Origin: Bispira polyomma
Lineage: Eukaryota
Assembly: GCA_965649765.1 (NCBI GenBank)
Contig: OZ287753.1
Span: forward strand, 19,220,001-19,284,000
DNA: 64,000 nucleotides
Reading direction: 5' to 3'
Numbering within the stretch: the first letter of the stretch is position 1; every line of letters starts with the position of its first letter. The position numbers were made by a program, and so were the translations under genes. Shown in pieces: positions 11,431 through 25,500 of the stretch. The notes beneath the pieces are model-generated. The model worked only from the letters and a program-made list of their open reading frames with translations. It was not told the origin of the DNA and did no database searches.

Positions 11431-13067
11431 TTATACCTATCCACATCTACAGCATACACTGGTATCAAGAAAAAGTACTCCACACTGCCAACAAACAAAT
11501 CATAGGCACCATCTTTCAAAATATGTTGCACACTAATATCACAAAGGAATGAAAGACTCTGCTTTCACTACTTGTTAAAGCTTTCAGTGTATAGGATAAT
11601 TAAGCAGTGTCAATGAGGTGTGTGCCTTGGAAGATTAGTTATCACTATTTAACACACAGTAATTAAAGAAATAAACATATACACAAAGCACCCAGTAGAA
11701 CACAAACGTTCACCCATGGGGTACAAATTCAAAAGGGTCTGTGCTTTTTAGCTATAGACCTAGACCTATGAATCTCAGCCATGTGAAAGCATTTGGAAAA
11801 GTAGATTAAGAACTTATTTTGACCAATTTCACACCCATTTCCTGTAGCAGTTTTTAAGGTATGAGGTAGCCTACTCATTCAAGTACACAGTATATGTATA
11901 CTATTCAGTACTCACTTAGCTTTATCTAGAATTAGGCACAAACATTTAACATTCTATTCATTACCCTTCACAAGTTTGGCTAAAATTGGGACAGTAGTGG
12001 TCAGTGAATAATCCAACAAACAAACATACCAACAGACATGGGTGAAAACATAACCTTCTTGGCGGAGGTAAAAGTATATATATGTGTAGAAAGGAAAAGT
12101 TAAGTAAATTGTCAGGTTGTACAAGTATAGTCACCATTTTACCTCATACACTGTAATTCACCATCATATCAGGCATTTCAAAAAACAGGGCAATTATTTT
12201 ATTTTTTTTATATGCAAAGAAAAATTAATAATGGTTCCTTATATATATATATATATTTCTTTTTTCAAAATATACAAATATATCCATGACTAATAAGATG
12301 ATGCTGTTTTAAAAATCGAACATCGCCATTGAATTTCCCATACACTCACCATAACATACAGAGGTGAACTGATTTACATAATATTTATAGAGGGCCATTT
12401 CGACTCATTTCGACATTTCCAAACAGCAACTTAGGGTTATTTTAGCACCAGAAACTTTAATGGTAAAATGTTATCGTATTCTTGGAATATCCATCTATCA
12501 GATGAAAATCAGTGACCTGTGTGTTTTGCCTCACTTGTAAAAATTCAATGTTAAAGTAAATCAGTGTTTTTTTATTCTACTTCAAAACAAAAAGTTTTCC
12601 CCATATCACATTTACTACAAGTATAAACTAAATTTTTATTTCAAAGTTGCAAGCTGCATCCATTTCTATTTGTCAGTGAATTACCATCATCCAAAACAAT
12701 ATTTTCTAATTATTTTTCAACAAAACTATTTGTTGTGTTATTAGCTAGTTGCCAAAATGGCACAGGCTGCTATTTTGAAATGGCTCCTGTTGTCGAAATG
12801 GCGCGTAACAATATAATGAAATGACATTCAAATATAGAAATAAAATCACAGCCCTTTTGTATAAAAAAAAAATGATAGAAGTATGAAATATGTATACATA
12901 GAAGAAACTCAAATGATTTTCTCCTTTATCAGCTAATCACAGGTGTATACCACTTCAAAGTACAAATATATACATATTAAGCTCAGTACAAACAAATATA
13001 CACTACATTACAGTAAGGTACATGCACCCATGATGTTTCTAATACAAATATAACTCTTTAAAACCGT

Positions 13068-13584
13068 CTAAATTTCAGTAGCCTGCATGTCAAAGCCATT
13101 ATTATCATACAAACTGCCTCCAATAATCGACGGCTTTCCAGCATTGCTGATGTTTCTGTGCGAGTCGTCGCTATGACTTTTGCCGGCGTCGGCAGGGGTG
13201 CTCAGTTTGCCGTGTCGTCCAATACTGGCAAACCCATTCCTATTGCTAGCACTTCCCGCTTTACTGACACCGTTTGGCAAGGATTTACCATTTGGAGTTA
13301 AATGCGGTTTCTCCCTATTATCACTCGCACTGAGGTGATTCCCCACAAAGTCTGCACTATTGCTATCTGTATTATTTTGTTCTTTTATAGCAATGGGCTC
13401 TTCCTGTGCCTTGAGGGCAGCTCTCAGGTATTTATCGCGGTCTCTATTCCGGTTTCCTTGGCTACCGTTGTATCTATGGTACTGGTCAAACTCATCGTTA
13501 GGCATCTCCATACTCATTTCCTGTTCGTCATAGCCTTTGTCGGTATCATTAGGGGAGACAGTGTTCTCGTCCAGCGAGTTCTTA
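13068..13584 (-). CDS. Cadherin last coding exon (KNSLDENTV...MQATEI*), class I PDZ-binding end
   Basis: TAG acceptor, phase 2, in frame with ORF 13068-13517. Confidence 0.9.
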
Positions 13585-16500
13585 CTACAAGCAAACAGAT
13601 ATAACGATTGTGTGATTAAGTCAACAATGAACAGGCTTAAATGGTTAAAACAGGGGCCATATTGTTGAACAAATACTTAGCATAAACTCCTACTGAACTC
13701 AAAAAAAAATATATATATATTAGACTGTGTCAAAATCTGTGTAACATACATGGAAATAACCTATGCTTGTGACCATTCATTTTAATAGAGCTTTCAACAC
13801 TGAATTGAAATAGGAAGTCAGATTTGAGATATGTTTAGCCTACTGTATCCAAAGTTATAGAGAATCCTGATTTCAATTGAGTATGAGTTTAAGCTGGGTA
13901 TCTATCATTCGAGAATATGTCGTCCATTTTTTAATACAAGGAAATTTATATATCTAACAAATTGCCAAAAAATATACTAAAGGTTAAGATATCCAAGTAA
14001 ATCTAGAGGTTCAGCCGAATATTATTGAACACCGACAAACCTTTACTTGTCATAAAATTACAACTAAAATTCAATGTATCTTTGCCACTGTATTTGTAAA
14101 TGTGCTACAAAAACAGGACATTACAGTCAGAGCATATGAGTTAATACAGAATACAAAATTGTTATGTTCAATAAGGGATGTATACATTACTCAAAATTAT
14201 ATATATATAACTACAGTACTCTTAAATTAGAGGCAACATCTTCATTACGAGGCAAATGTTATATTCTGATAAAGAAGTACATTCAACTGCACATTATTAA
14301 TGTTTATGCTTAATTAAATGACTATATACCGGTAAGTAGATAAGGTACCATGAAACAATGAACTATAGCACTGCGTGAGTTTTTGTTTTTTTGATAATGC
14401 ATTTTCTGCTTGATGTATAAGCATTCTGTCATCCTAGCCCACACAAAAAAATTATTTAAGTCTTATAAAGGTTCAGAAACATAAACTTCATGGGTGCTAG
14501 CATTGATATAAAAGCTTCCTTGGAATATAAAATATTAAATCAAAATGAAACAGGGAACGTACATATAAATTTCTAGACAACTTTTGAAATTAGAAAAAGA
14601 TGTATCATGCAACTGATGTGTAGAAATAACTTTGAAAGGTGTGCATTATAAAAACCCATATATATATAGTTAATGAAATAACTTAAGCTTAAGACTAACT
14701 TAAGACCTTTTTTGAATACGGCCCCTGTGGTCTTTGTTTTGGGCTGAAAAGGTGAATATTTAGGTCTTTGTCCCAATGACAGTAAGATCTTTGCTTAGTG
14801 ATGACTTTGTGCTTTACACTGAGACTAACAGAAGCCTTTAATAACATTGTTATTGTTGTTGTGATATCCATCGTACAAGTTATTAGAATTTTATCAGAAT
14901 CGTATTATAACATCAAACCATACCATAGTGACCACAATCATAATCAAAGCAATTCCATCTTGTGCATTCAACATTAATGGTAAAAATATACCAAAACACC
15001 ACAAACATGTGTTGAAAAATGTGACAGGCACTTTGCACACCTGTAGCAGCGTACGTCCTATAACAGGTATTAGAATTAGGTCCCCATAAAAGGTCAGAGC
15101 CAATTTTTTTATTCATAGCTTCTTAAGTATTTATCTCTGAATTAATCTCTTGGAATTAAGCTCTTGGAAATCCCAGTGACATAATGTAATAGTAACCTTC
15201 ATCATCATCATGTGAGATTATTTAAATCGATTAAAAAATTAACCGTGAATGAGCAAGCTCTAGGTTAGAAATATATTCACAAAACATAACCACGCAAGTG
15301 TGACAGAAAAACAAAGATAAATAGTCAAGATAGCCAACTCAAACACTGGGAAAGTTTTCCACATCTAAGGTAATATAAACTACAAGTTTTGAAAAAAGGT
15401 AAACCAGAACAACAGTTGTGCATGTATTTTCAAACTAGAATACCATATATGGTTATTGATGGGTGGCGCTGCCATTTAGGTGTATATCTGATGCATCCAC
15501 ATGGTTTGATTGGCTGTTGTAGTTAACAGAAAACACAAAGACATCCACCATATTTATACATCCTTATTTAGGTTACTTTAATGAAATATCATTATTGTTG
15601 TATCAGTTTATCTTGACAAACATACCTTCTTCTTGAAAAATATTGTTTGTGCAAAAATTTAACTGATATTACTACTTAAAGATGCTACAATGACATGTGC
15701 ACTGAAATTGCAAAGTATTAAATTAACAATACTTTAACTCAGAAATGACACCTTTTGAAAATGTACTTTCAACAAAAATTAAATCTGAACAGCAACTGAA
15801 AACAGGGGTATAAACCTGATCATTTATCAATGTCCTCAAGATTCTTAAGCCTGTCACTGGGTGTAGAACTCAATAACATGGGATCCAACACCATAAGATA
15901 CGATTACAAGCCAATATATTATGCATATCTGCCTTTACCTGGGAGAGAACCCAAGTCATCTGTGTACTAAATTGAGTATGCCACCCATTTAACAATACAT
16001 GTATACGTTGTTGTCAGTCTAATAGATGCTTTAAAATATGATACTTTGTAACTATAACTCAACATGATACAAGATATACAATATGCACCTCTTACCTTTG
16101 GCGATTTGTAATCTATATCTATAACAGAAGGCTCTTATAATAAAAAGTGGTATTTAAAGGGAGATTACAAATTTGGAAGAAAGTATAGTCGGATTGAAAA
16201 TGTTAAATATTACGATAAAAGAAGTTAATTTTTTACTGTACATTTTATGAACAAGGCTTTACAACTGACAATATAAAGCTCCTCCTAACCCACCTGTCCG
16301 TGTCAGTTTCTCTAGGCCAGCCATTTTCATACTGTTCTAACCAGATAGGGTTGGACCTGAAGTGACAAAAATAACACAAAACTGTAGTTTGTTTATTAAA
16401 CACTAGCTGTTAAAAATGTTAAAAGTGATTAACTCAGTGTCTTTTTGTAATGCCTGCAATATGTGTGTTTGTTAATACTACTGAGAACACATACAATGTA

Positions 16501-19500
16501 CACATATACCAATCCTGGTACAGGTTATGAAGTGCTTTTATGACCTGAGTATTGTTTTTAGACTAAGTTTTAATGAAAAAGTTAAAAGGTAATGATTTCA
16601 ATACTTAATGCTATAAATGTGCAAAGTTTTTTTTATTGAAACCTGTGTATAAAATTACCAAACATCATTTTAGTTGCATAAATTCTAAACAAACTCATTA
16701 AATTAATATTAAATAAAATAATATTAGACATTCATTATTGTGAGGTATTTGTAAATATTGTTCTATATTCTAATTAAAACTACTTGTGCAAAAATATGAG
16801 TCATAAACTAAACCTCTGAAAGCATAGGTTTTAATTGGTAAGAAAACAGTTGACAACTAGCAGAAAAGTTAAAAATATTGTACATTCAGAGATTCTCATA
16901 ACGGAAGTGAAGTTTGTCAAAAGCAAAGACAATACAGTTTATGCAGAGAAAGCATGGACAGGATTTTAACAATACTAACAAGCATTGGATTTCTACAAGC
17001 AACCAATTTGCGTTGGTTAATCTATATAACTACTGTTATATGGTACTAATTAAAGAAGTCTCACATACAAGGAGTCAGGTGATATACTGTAAGGATCCCC
17101 TTAGACAATTTATTACAACACCAACATGTAAGGTTTAGATTACAACACTTTGAGAAGATAATATATGATGTACCACAAGGAGGGTTTAGAAGAGAAGTAA
17201 ACCAGGAAGTATTCCTATACCAATGGCTTGTACACCAAGCTGGAACAGGGTTTAAAGTTTAGCTATACAGGCAGTTGGGTTAGGCTATAGTGACATTCAC
17301 ACTTTTCCCTAAATAAGGCTTACAACATGCAATTAACACACAATCTGTGGAATGACCTTCCTTATGATATATGTACAGCTTCTACCATTACAAGCTTCAA
17401 ATGCAGACTTAATTAAAACTTATTTGTTAGGCAAATCCTTTTCACAATAGTTTTTTGCTATGAAGCATAGATTGTACGTCTTGGTGTTGACACTTTCCTT
17501 GGATAAGAAATATTGAAAGTTAAATTCAGATTAAGATGATGTGCCAGTACGGAGATTAAACACTAAGCTTCCTGATTGATTGATATGATATTATGGGGTA
17601 AGAATTGATTCTATAGCAAAACTGCCAGATTCAATTGTATTATAGATTTATCTCGCATTATTGATGCCAGGCATCTTCGGAAGCAGAATACCAAATCGAT
17701 AAACCAAATAATAGTCTGAAAAACATCCCCAAATTGTAAGGTAGGATGTCGACTTTGACCACAAAACTACTTAAGATAAGTTTACAAAGAGGTCTATAAC
17801 TAAGTTTATATGACAATAAGAAAATGTAAATTGGGAAGGGACAGTATCTTCATTAAACTGAATATTCAGACAATAGAAATTCTAATAATATATTCTCAAC
17901 ATGTATTCTGCATTATCAAATGAGGGCAAACTTATCTGTTCTGTGTTGCTGTGTGTTTACAGCTAAATCATTTTCACAAATATTTTCAAATATAGATTTG
18001 GGCTCTGTTAAAAACACGTTAACAGTAATCTAGAGTATGAGACCCCATTGAAAGTATTTTAACTATACTGCAGTATAGACGGGCATTTAGTAGTGAATGG
18101 TCCCTCCAAGGCAAAAATGTGCCACAAAGTGAAAAATGATTCCTGCATCCGCTCCTCTACCCAGATCTACTCCAGAATTTCATAGGTTTTTTCATGGTCC
18201 CATCCCTTCATAAGTAATTTTTGTGTGATCTTGGTGACAAACATACAGACAAACAAACAAACAGCAATGGGTAAAAACATTATCTCCTTGGCAGAAGTAA
18301 CGATTTAACTGTTAATCCCATGTTAATAGCAAAATCATAACGCACATGACCAAGAAGAGGCCAGACAAAATGCTTTTATACAAATTACAACATTGAATTA
18401 TATGTGACTACTGTGCATTCCTGTATTAATATGTGCCATTTTGGAAGAATTATGGGCTTCACATATAGTGTGCATATTTAATTAGTGATGCAGAATGATG
18501 AACTTATCACATAACAAGTTACATAATATAATACATTGAAAGTTTGTGCTGTCCATTAGGTTGGGATATATGATGGAGGTACCACTTTCCAGTCTATTAA
18601 AAATATTATGTACATCTTTTAAATAATAGCAGCCAAACACATTTGAGAGCTCTTATTTCTCACCAAAATGTGTATTTATATTAACTAACATCTCAATTAC
18701 AAATATGTATTGGTATATTCATGTATAGAGCATCCTAATTAAGATGTTAAAAATGTGTAGACCGGAAATTAGAATAGACCGACTTTTATAACATTGACAG
18801 GTATAGTTGAACATACCATAGTTGTACCAATGTGATTGAAATGCATAAGGTGCAACTATTTTTATTCTGTAGCTAAAAATACACTTTTAACATCATATAC
18901 TATGACGAATCATCACTTACATTTGTTCGTCAATATTTCATTAACTTTTATACTTCCTTGGATAACATTTCATTTAAGAGTAAGGCACTTAACTGGGTTG
19001 ATTCTATATATGGAACATGGAGTGATTAGTGAAAACGATGAATAACAAGGATACTAGGTAAAACTATGCCAAGATGTCACCATGATACACTGATATAGAA
19101 TATTGCATACTTTAGATAAAGACATTGCTTTACATTTTGTATTAATTAAGATTACATTAGGCAGAAAGTTGACACAGGTGCACATATATATATACAAAGT
19201 ATGTTTTGCTTGCTTTGGCAGTTTTCTTCTAAAGTAGGGATTTAGAAGGATTAATAGTAACATATTATTATGCTAATTTCAGTTACGTATTTGCTGGAAA
19301 GATATTTCATATGATGTCCATAGTATGTACATAGTTAATGGCAAAGCTGCTTAAAATTACAGTGGCGGAAAAATACTACTGAATACAGAATGTGAAATAT
19401 TGACTATCTCGTCAAAGATTTCCTGCCAAAGTGATCTTTATTGATTTTTATGCTGAAGTGTGCAAACCAATCAAATTTAAGAAAGATCTTGTAGAGGTAT

Positions 19501-22500
19501 TGCAAAGTTTTAGTATTGCAGCGCTCTCTGAAGCAAAAAGTTGAATGTATTATAAACAAAAACTACATTGGTCCTATTGGATGGGTGTTAACTAGGTACA
19601 TATTGAATTGGTTGTGAGACGACAATCATTATACATACACATATATATTACAAGGTAAGTATAAACAAGTACACCTAAGTTTTGACTACGGAAACTATAC
19701 TGTGGATGCCATGCTAACATAAAATCAACATGGGTTTACCCCTAGAGCTCTGTCAAGGCCTCATTAAAATAATGTTGTTGGTGGTTGCATGATTCGATTG
19801 GCTGCCTTGATGTCCCATGTGACATGTGATTTGCATAATGTATGGGAGGGCTGGACAAATCACTGGACAGGGTTGTGTATGACTTTGGGTCAGAAGACTG
19901 GATGAGGTTAAAGCTAAGGTCATTTCTACAGCTTAATGAAATAACAACACAAACAATGCAATCAGACTATACTGTATAAGCAGAAATTTTAGCTGCAATA
20001 AAATTCAACAATTTTAAGGAATTCATTAGGATCTTTATGTTTTACTTTTGGCCATTTTTTGGGGCTAGAAAAATAATATAAATTTACATTATTGATGAAA
20101 TAATGTTTAAATAAATTCCTTGGTGGAATTTCAACTCGATATACATGTTGTACAATTTTTTTTACAATATTTTGGAGGCAGTTAAAATGTGATTATGTTC
20201 GGATATGTATAAAGAAATATTGTTACAGATATATAGCATAGAAGAATTTTAAGCAACATTTATTGCAAGATAGATAACAAGAAATAACAATACATGTATA
20301 CATGAAAAAGGATTTATAAGAATGGCGGAAAAAAATTGAACATATTTTACAGATATACCAAGATACAGCATGTTTGATAACAATGACCTAGCGGAATATG
20401 TATATATGGACAAAAGACAGAATAACAATACTAATACTTAGAAAACAATTGCAGGAGATTATACAAAAAAAAATATTTAACAAGAAAATAGAAAAATTAG
20501 AAAGTATGTATTACATAGTAAAATCAAAGCCACAAACTAAATTTAAATAACGAAAAAAGTGTTTCCGTGAAGTTGATAAACAATATGAAGAGTAGCTAAA
20601 TACATACACAAGTACACAAGTATACATCACTCTTAAGAAGTATACATAAATATATGCCTGTGTTCCACTTACCCTTCATAGGAATGTTTATTTGTTCCTG
20701 GAACGCCATGGACGTGATTCAGGCCAGTGTCATGTGAACCTGTAACACAGGGAACCGCAACAATAATATATATGTGTACATCAATTGTGAAGTAACTCTG
20801 ACTCCCAGGTAAAAGTAATCAATATAACCCTGACTGAATAAACCCATGTATATAATTAATAAGTACAATAGTGTAATATTAGAAAGAAAGTTGGTTCTGC
20901 TTGGATTCGATCTCTGGATCTTATGGATCTTAAGATTATTAGTCACATGCTTAACAGTTGAGCTAAAGGAAAGACCCTCGGAAGCCTGAGTGTTTAATAC
21001 ACTTTAATAGCATTTCCTCTTCAGTCTAAATGGGAATATCTAGGATTACATATTCATTATTACTGAAAAATTTTTATCACTGCCCACTAAAAATCCTAAT
21101 GCTTTAAAATATATTGTCTGTTCAGATAACAAACAAACCATCACAAATGAGAATTAATTTTTAAGTATCTAATTTACCTAAAATTCATCCCCAAACATAT
21201 TTTTGAAGAAATAATATCAATGGTAGCACACATATGTAAGTACAATAATTGTAATTAGACTTTTATTGCGCTTAATCTCCCCTTAACAAAGGGGACTCTA
21301 AGGTGCACCAACACAAAAGACAGTTATCCAATTTCCAAAATCAAGGAACAGAAAAAGGGTCAGCAACATAGAGCGCGCTGGGGGATGATTGAGACTAAGG
21401 TGGATATGCTTTAGTGTACAAGTGGGTTTTAAGCTTCTTTCTAAAACAGGCTAGTGAGGGGGAAGCACGAATCACATCAGGAAGACCATTCCAAACAATG
21501 GGAGCATCAAAAGCAAACCTGTGACCAAACTGTTTAACCGACTTTTGAGTAGATGGGTGGAACTTCGGAACAACAAGGAAATTACTACCACTCTGACTAC
21601 GTCTGGTATTGTAGGAACTACTGTAAATGGAAAGATATGGGGCAAAATACTTTGGAAACCCAGTGTGGAGAAACTTATAAACAAGTGTAGCTGTCTTAAA
21701 CACTGAATGCTGTTCAACAGGGAGCCAATGCAATTTCTTAAGAACAGGAGTTATACTAGTGTATAATAATAATAATAATACTAGTGTATAATAATAACAA
21801 AAATTTTGCCAGAAATCAATCACTTCAATGGTCTTCTTTAAATTGTGATTTATTTAAAGTATCCACAGCGCCCATATCTAATAGTATACTATCAAAGTAT
21901 AGTTTCTCATTAGAACATATACACCACAAAAATAGAAGAAAGTAATGATGACAAAACCCCAAAAAAACTGATAATGCATGCTTGAAATAGACTTTAAGGG
22001 TCTGAAGGTCATATTCCTACTAGATATTTATGACAATTTTCTCACTGGAGTGGCACAATATTATTACTCCATGCAAAAAAACATTCTATAGAAGTGTAAT
22101 GTCTTCAAAAAATAAATTTGAGAGACTTTCAAGAACCAGAATTCTGGGCCACATCACAGTTCAGGGACAGAACAGAGTTTGTATCCAAATATGCCAGATA
22201 TATTTGGATCGAAGAAGGAATAAGGGTAGTACTGGGGTGGTATTTATAAACTATTTTAGCTTCAACCTGGTCTAAAATCTGAGTTTGTTATTTTGACCCC
22301 CAAAAAATTGATTTTGGTCTCAACCCTAGCTAGTCACATTAAGAAAAGATCTTAACTGAAGTGTTAATTTAGATCCAACAATCTGTCCCTTTTGGCGAGA
22401 TTCCTTGCTGTTATTTTGATGGCAGAAAAAATTACATGCAAAATGTCTCTGACATGCATACCACCACATGTAGGGCTCACAGTATTTGGTTAAACCACAG

Positions 22501-25500
22501 TCCAAGTAGAGATCAATTATGACGGTAATTTATATGCACAATATCGCTTGACCTAAGATTCATGAAGTGTTGTAATGTGTGAGAACTGAGAAGAGTTGTT
22601 GGTTAGCTAAAGATTTGGCAAATAAATTTTGAAAGAATTAAAACATCAATAGCACCATAACAACTTTGGACTGTTTTAAATAGTTAAGACATTCTCTCAA
22701 CACCCCCCTAATATTTGCACAAAGCTATAGGTAGTTCCCCATTTTCACACCATGCAAACAAGTCCATCACCCTTTATGAGTAATTATATATACCTATAGT
22801 GTAAATCTTCTGATTATCTGCACAAGAGAATGATCAATTTATACATATATTTAAATTGTGAATTTAAATAAATAAATAGTGAATAGTTTCAATCAAGTAG
22901 TAATGGTAGACCAGTCAAAATGACTAAGACTCACATGGTACACAAATTATGATGACATTATTATACATATTGTACACACATTATAATGACATCATATCAT
23001 ACATACTGTATGGTTATTATGATGAATTTATCAGTACATTATTGAGTCCCTTGAGAATTTCAATAAAAACAGTGTCTCAGACAGGTTTAAGCATATCACT
23101 GTCAATGTGATTTGACAATACATAAACAGTGATATTTGCTGATTCTGGAAAAAAAACATAGCAACAACATAACAACTAGAATATATAGTGACTGGTTAAA
23201 TTTCATTTGCAAACTTCAGCTTTGTATACACAACAATTGTACATTTTTTACTTCATCTATTGCTACATAAAATTACTTTGCAGCAGAAAATCACAGAAAT
23301 TCTTTTTGTCATAATCATAACTTACCAAAGGCCATGGCTGTGGCTGCTTTTAACTTTCTTTTGTACCTAAAAATACAGAAATAAACACAATAAACAATTA
23401 GAATTCCAGCTGTTTCTGTTAAATGATAAACATTTCATTGTAATCGAGAAAGTGTAATAAAATACAAACATTTGAATTAGCTTACTCTATGAAATGACTA
23501 GATTTGTTTTAGTATATTGAGCTTTTATAGTAAAGTAAAAATGGAAATTATCTTGAGATAATAAAAGAAAATCTACACATTTTACAATATATGGGATTAT
23601 CTGACTAATTTACTGTATGCAAAGCTTTGGAAATAATTATATATATATATTAATTTAGATAATTATATATATTAATTTATATCATAAAACAATGTTTGTA
23701 TTGGTGAGGATATAGATAGAACATAAACTACAGAAAGTCTTCTAGTACCATGGTTTTATCAAATAACATATTAATACAATCAAATATAAGTCTTGAAAAC
23801 TGCATCTGAAATGAGTGTTAGCAACCACACACAAAATAGTTAAAACAAACTTCAACATTTAAACCACATGTATAACTCAAACTCGGTTGGTAGTTGCAAT
23901 ATTCTAAAACAACAGCACCACAAATGTTGATTCACTGGAAACATAATTTGGATAATTATACAATTAAGTTAGTTTCCAAATCATCTGTTATTTGCAAGAA
24001 AACAAAAGATTTACGTCACATTTACAGCATTATATACACTATTATCTAAGAGCAGTAGTGATTTATAATTAAATAAATAGTCAGTATGTAACTTAAGGGC
24101 CTTACAGACCGCCGCCGACACAACACAACAATACAAAATAAAAATTGAAATAAAATAATAAAAACAGGTTATTCAGACTGTTCCCTACACGCCACTACAC
24201 CACACGACACTGCAATTTAACGTTGTGTCATTGGCTGTTTCTATATTGTTTGTGCTTTGGTGATGTATTGATCCATGTACTTTATATGAACTATGTAGTG
24301 TGTTGTCATGTTTGGTGTGTATATTACTGTCTGACAGTGACGTGTTGTTCCCTGAAGTGTAGTGTTGTGGGCGGTTTGTAAGACCCTTTAGGGTCTGGGA
24401 GACAATACTTTAGAATGCAAGCAATCTTTTGGAGGTTTTTGCCATTTGCATGGTTGTATAACCAATTTGCAGTCAACCATGACCTTTTGTTCAGGACTTT
24501 GTTTGGTGATCAGAAGGTCATACTGCCATAATGTTTACTGAGGGATAACATCCTTGGGCAAGATGTGAATATGCCATTGCTTACCGATGACAACTGGTGC
24601 TATTTGTTATAGAAGTATTCTTTTCTGGAGAACAAATACCTTAATTATAGGTTGAATTCATCCATTTGGACCTTAATAAATGCTTCAAATAAACAAAAGA
24701 TGGCCCTGGATGTTCTATATAGGTCCAATAGCTGTGTTAAAAAATGTGTTAAGAAATATTATTTGTTCTCCAAACACCATCACACTATAAAAAAATGTCA
24801 CACATCACTCGTAACTAGAGGTGGGACGGTACCGAAAATTGGCTCCCTGGAAACCGTTTAGTAGAATATATACTGCCCATAAAAAAATATACTCATTTGT
24901 AACTAATATGGAATATGCCTTCACACAGGAAATGAACAAGGAAAAATGAAAACACACATGTGCTTTCTTTATGGAATTGATTTTAAACACCAAGTATTAC
25001 AAATTGGTCCGACTAAAAACAATATTAATGATTAAATATGAATATGTGACAAAACTTTTTATTTATGAATACCAATCTTTCAAAATGTGGGTTTCTAAAT
25101 TTCATCACGATCAGCAACAAAAATTATACCGACCACGAGATATCGGTACAGTACCGTCTCACGCCTACATGTAACCTCTCTGTGGGCACTCACACATGCT
25201 GGCGTTTATAGTACACCACACAGGTGACCACAAATATGACTATTAGTAGCCCTACAATGGCCACCATTAAGTATAGAGATGATGACATGCTCCATCGGGT
25301 GACTTCTGCACTGGTGGAAATCGCCAGGCTTTGTGGCTACAAATACAGGCTCTCCATATTATACAATAGTGTTAATTAGCGAATATTATTGGACATGTAG
25401 TGATGCACAACACATGTAGTCCTAGGTATGGTATATAGGCAGGAATTACATGTATAAAGAACAGTTTGTCAGAAGGTCTGCATTACAGTGCTAAATAAAA

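Noticed and set aside
13302-13604. Plus-strand ORFs over cadherin exons (also 26896-27216, 29772-30134, 34446-34697 and others)
   Set aside because: Antisense shadows of real exons, with no motifs of their own.
24585-24624. AG...GTAAG unit between TM exon B and the juxtamembrane exon
   Set aside because: 40 nt, with stops in both frames the neighbouring exons would require, and a weak pyrimidine tract.
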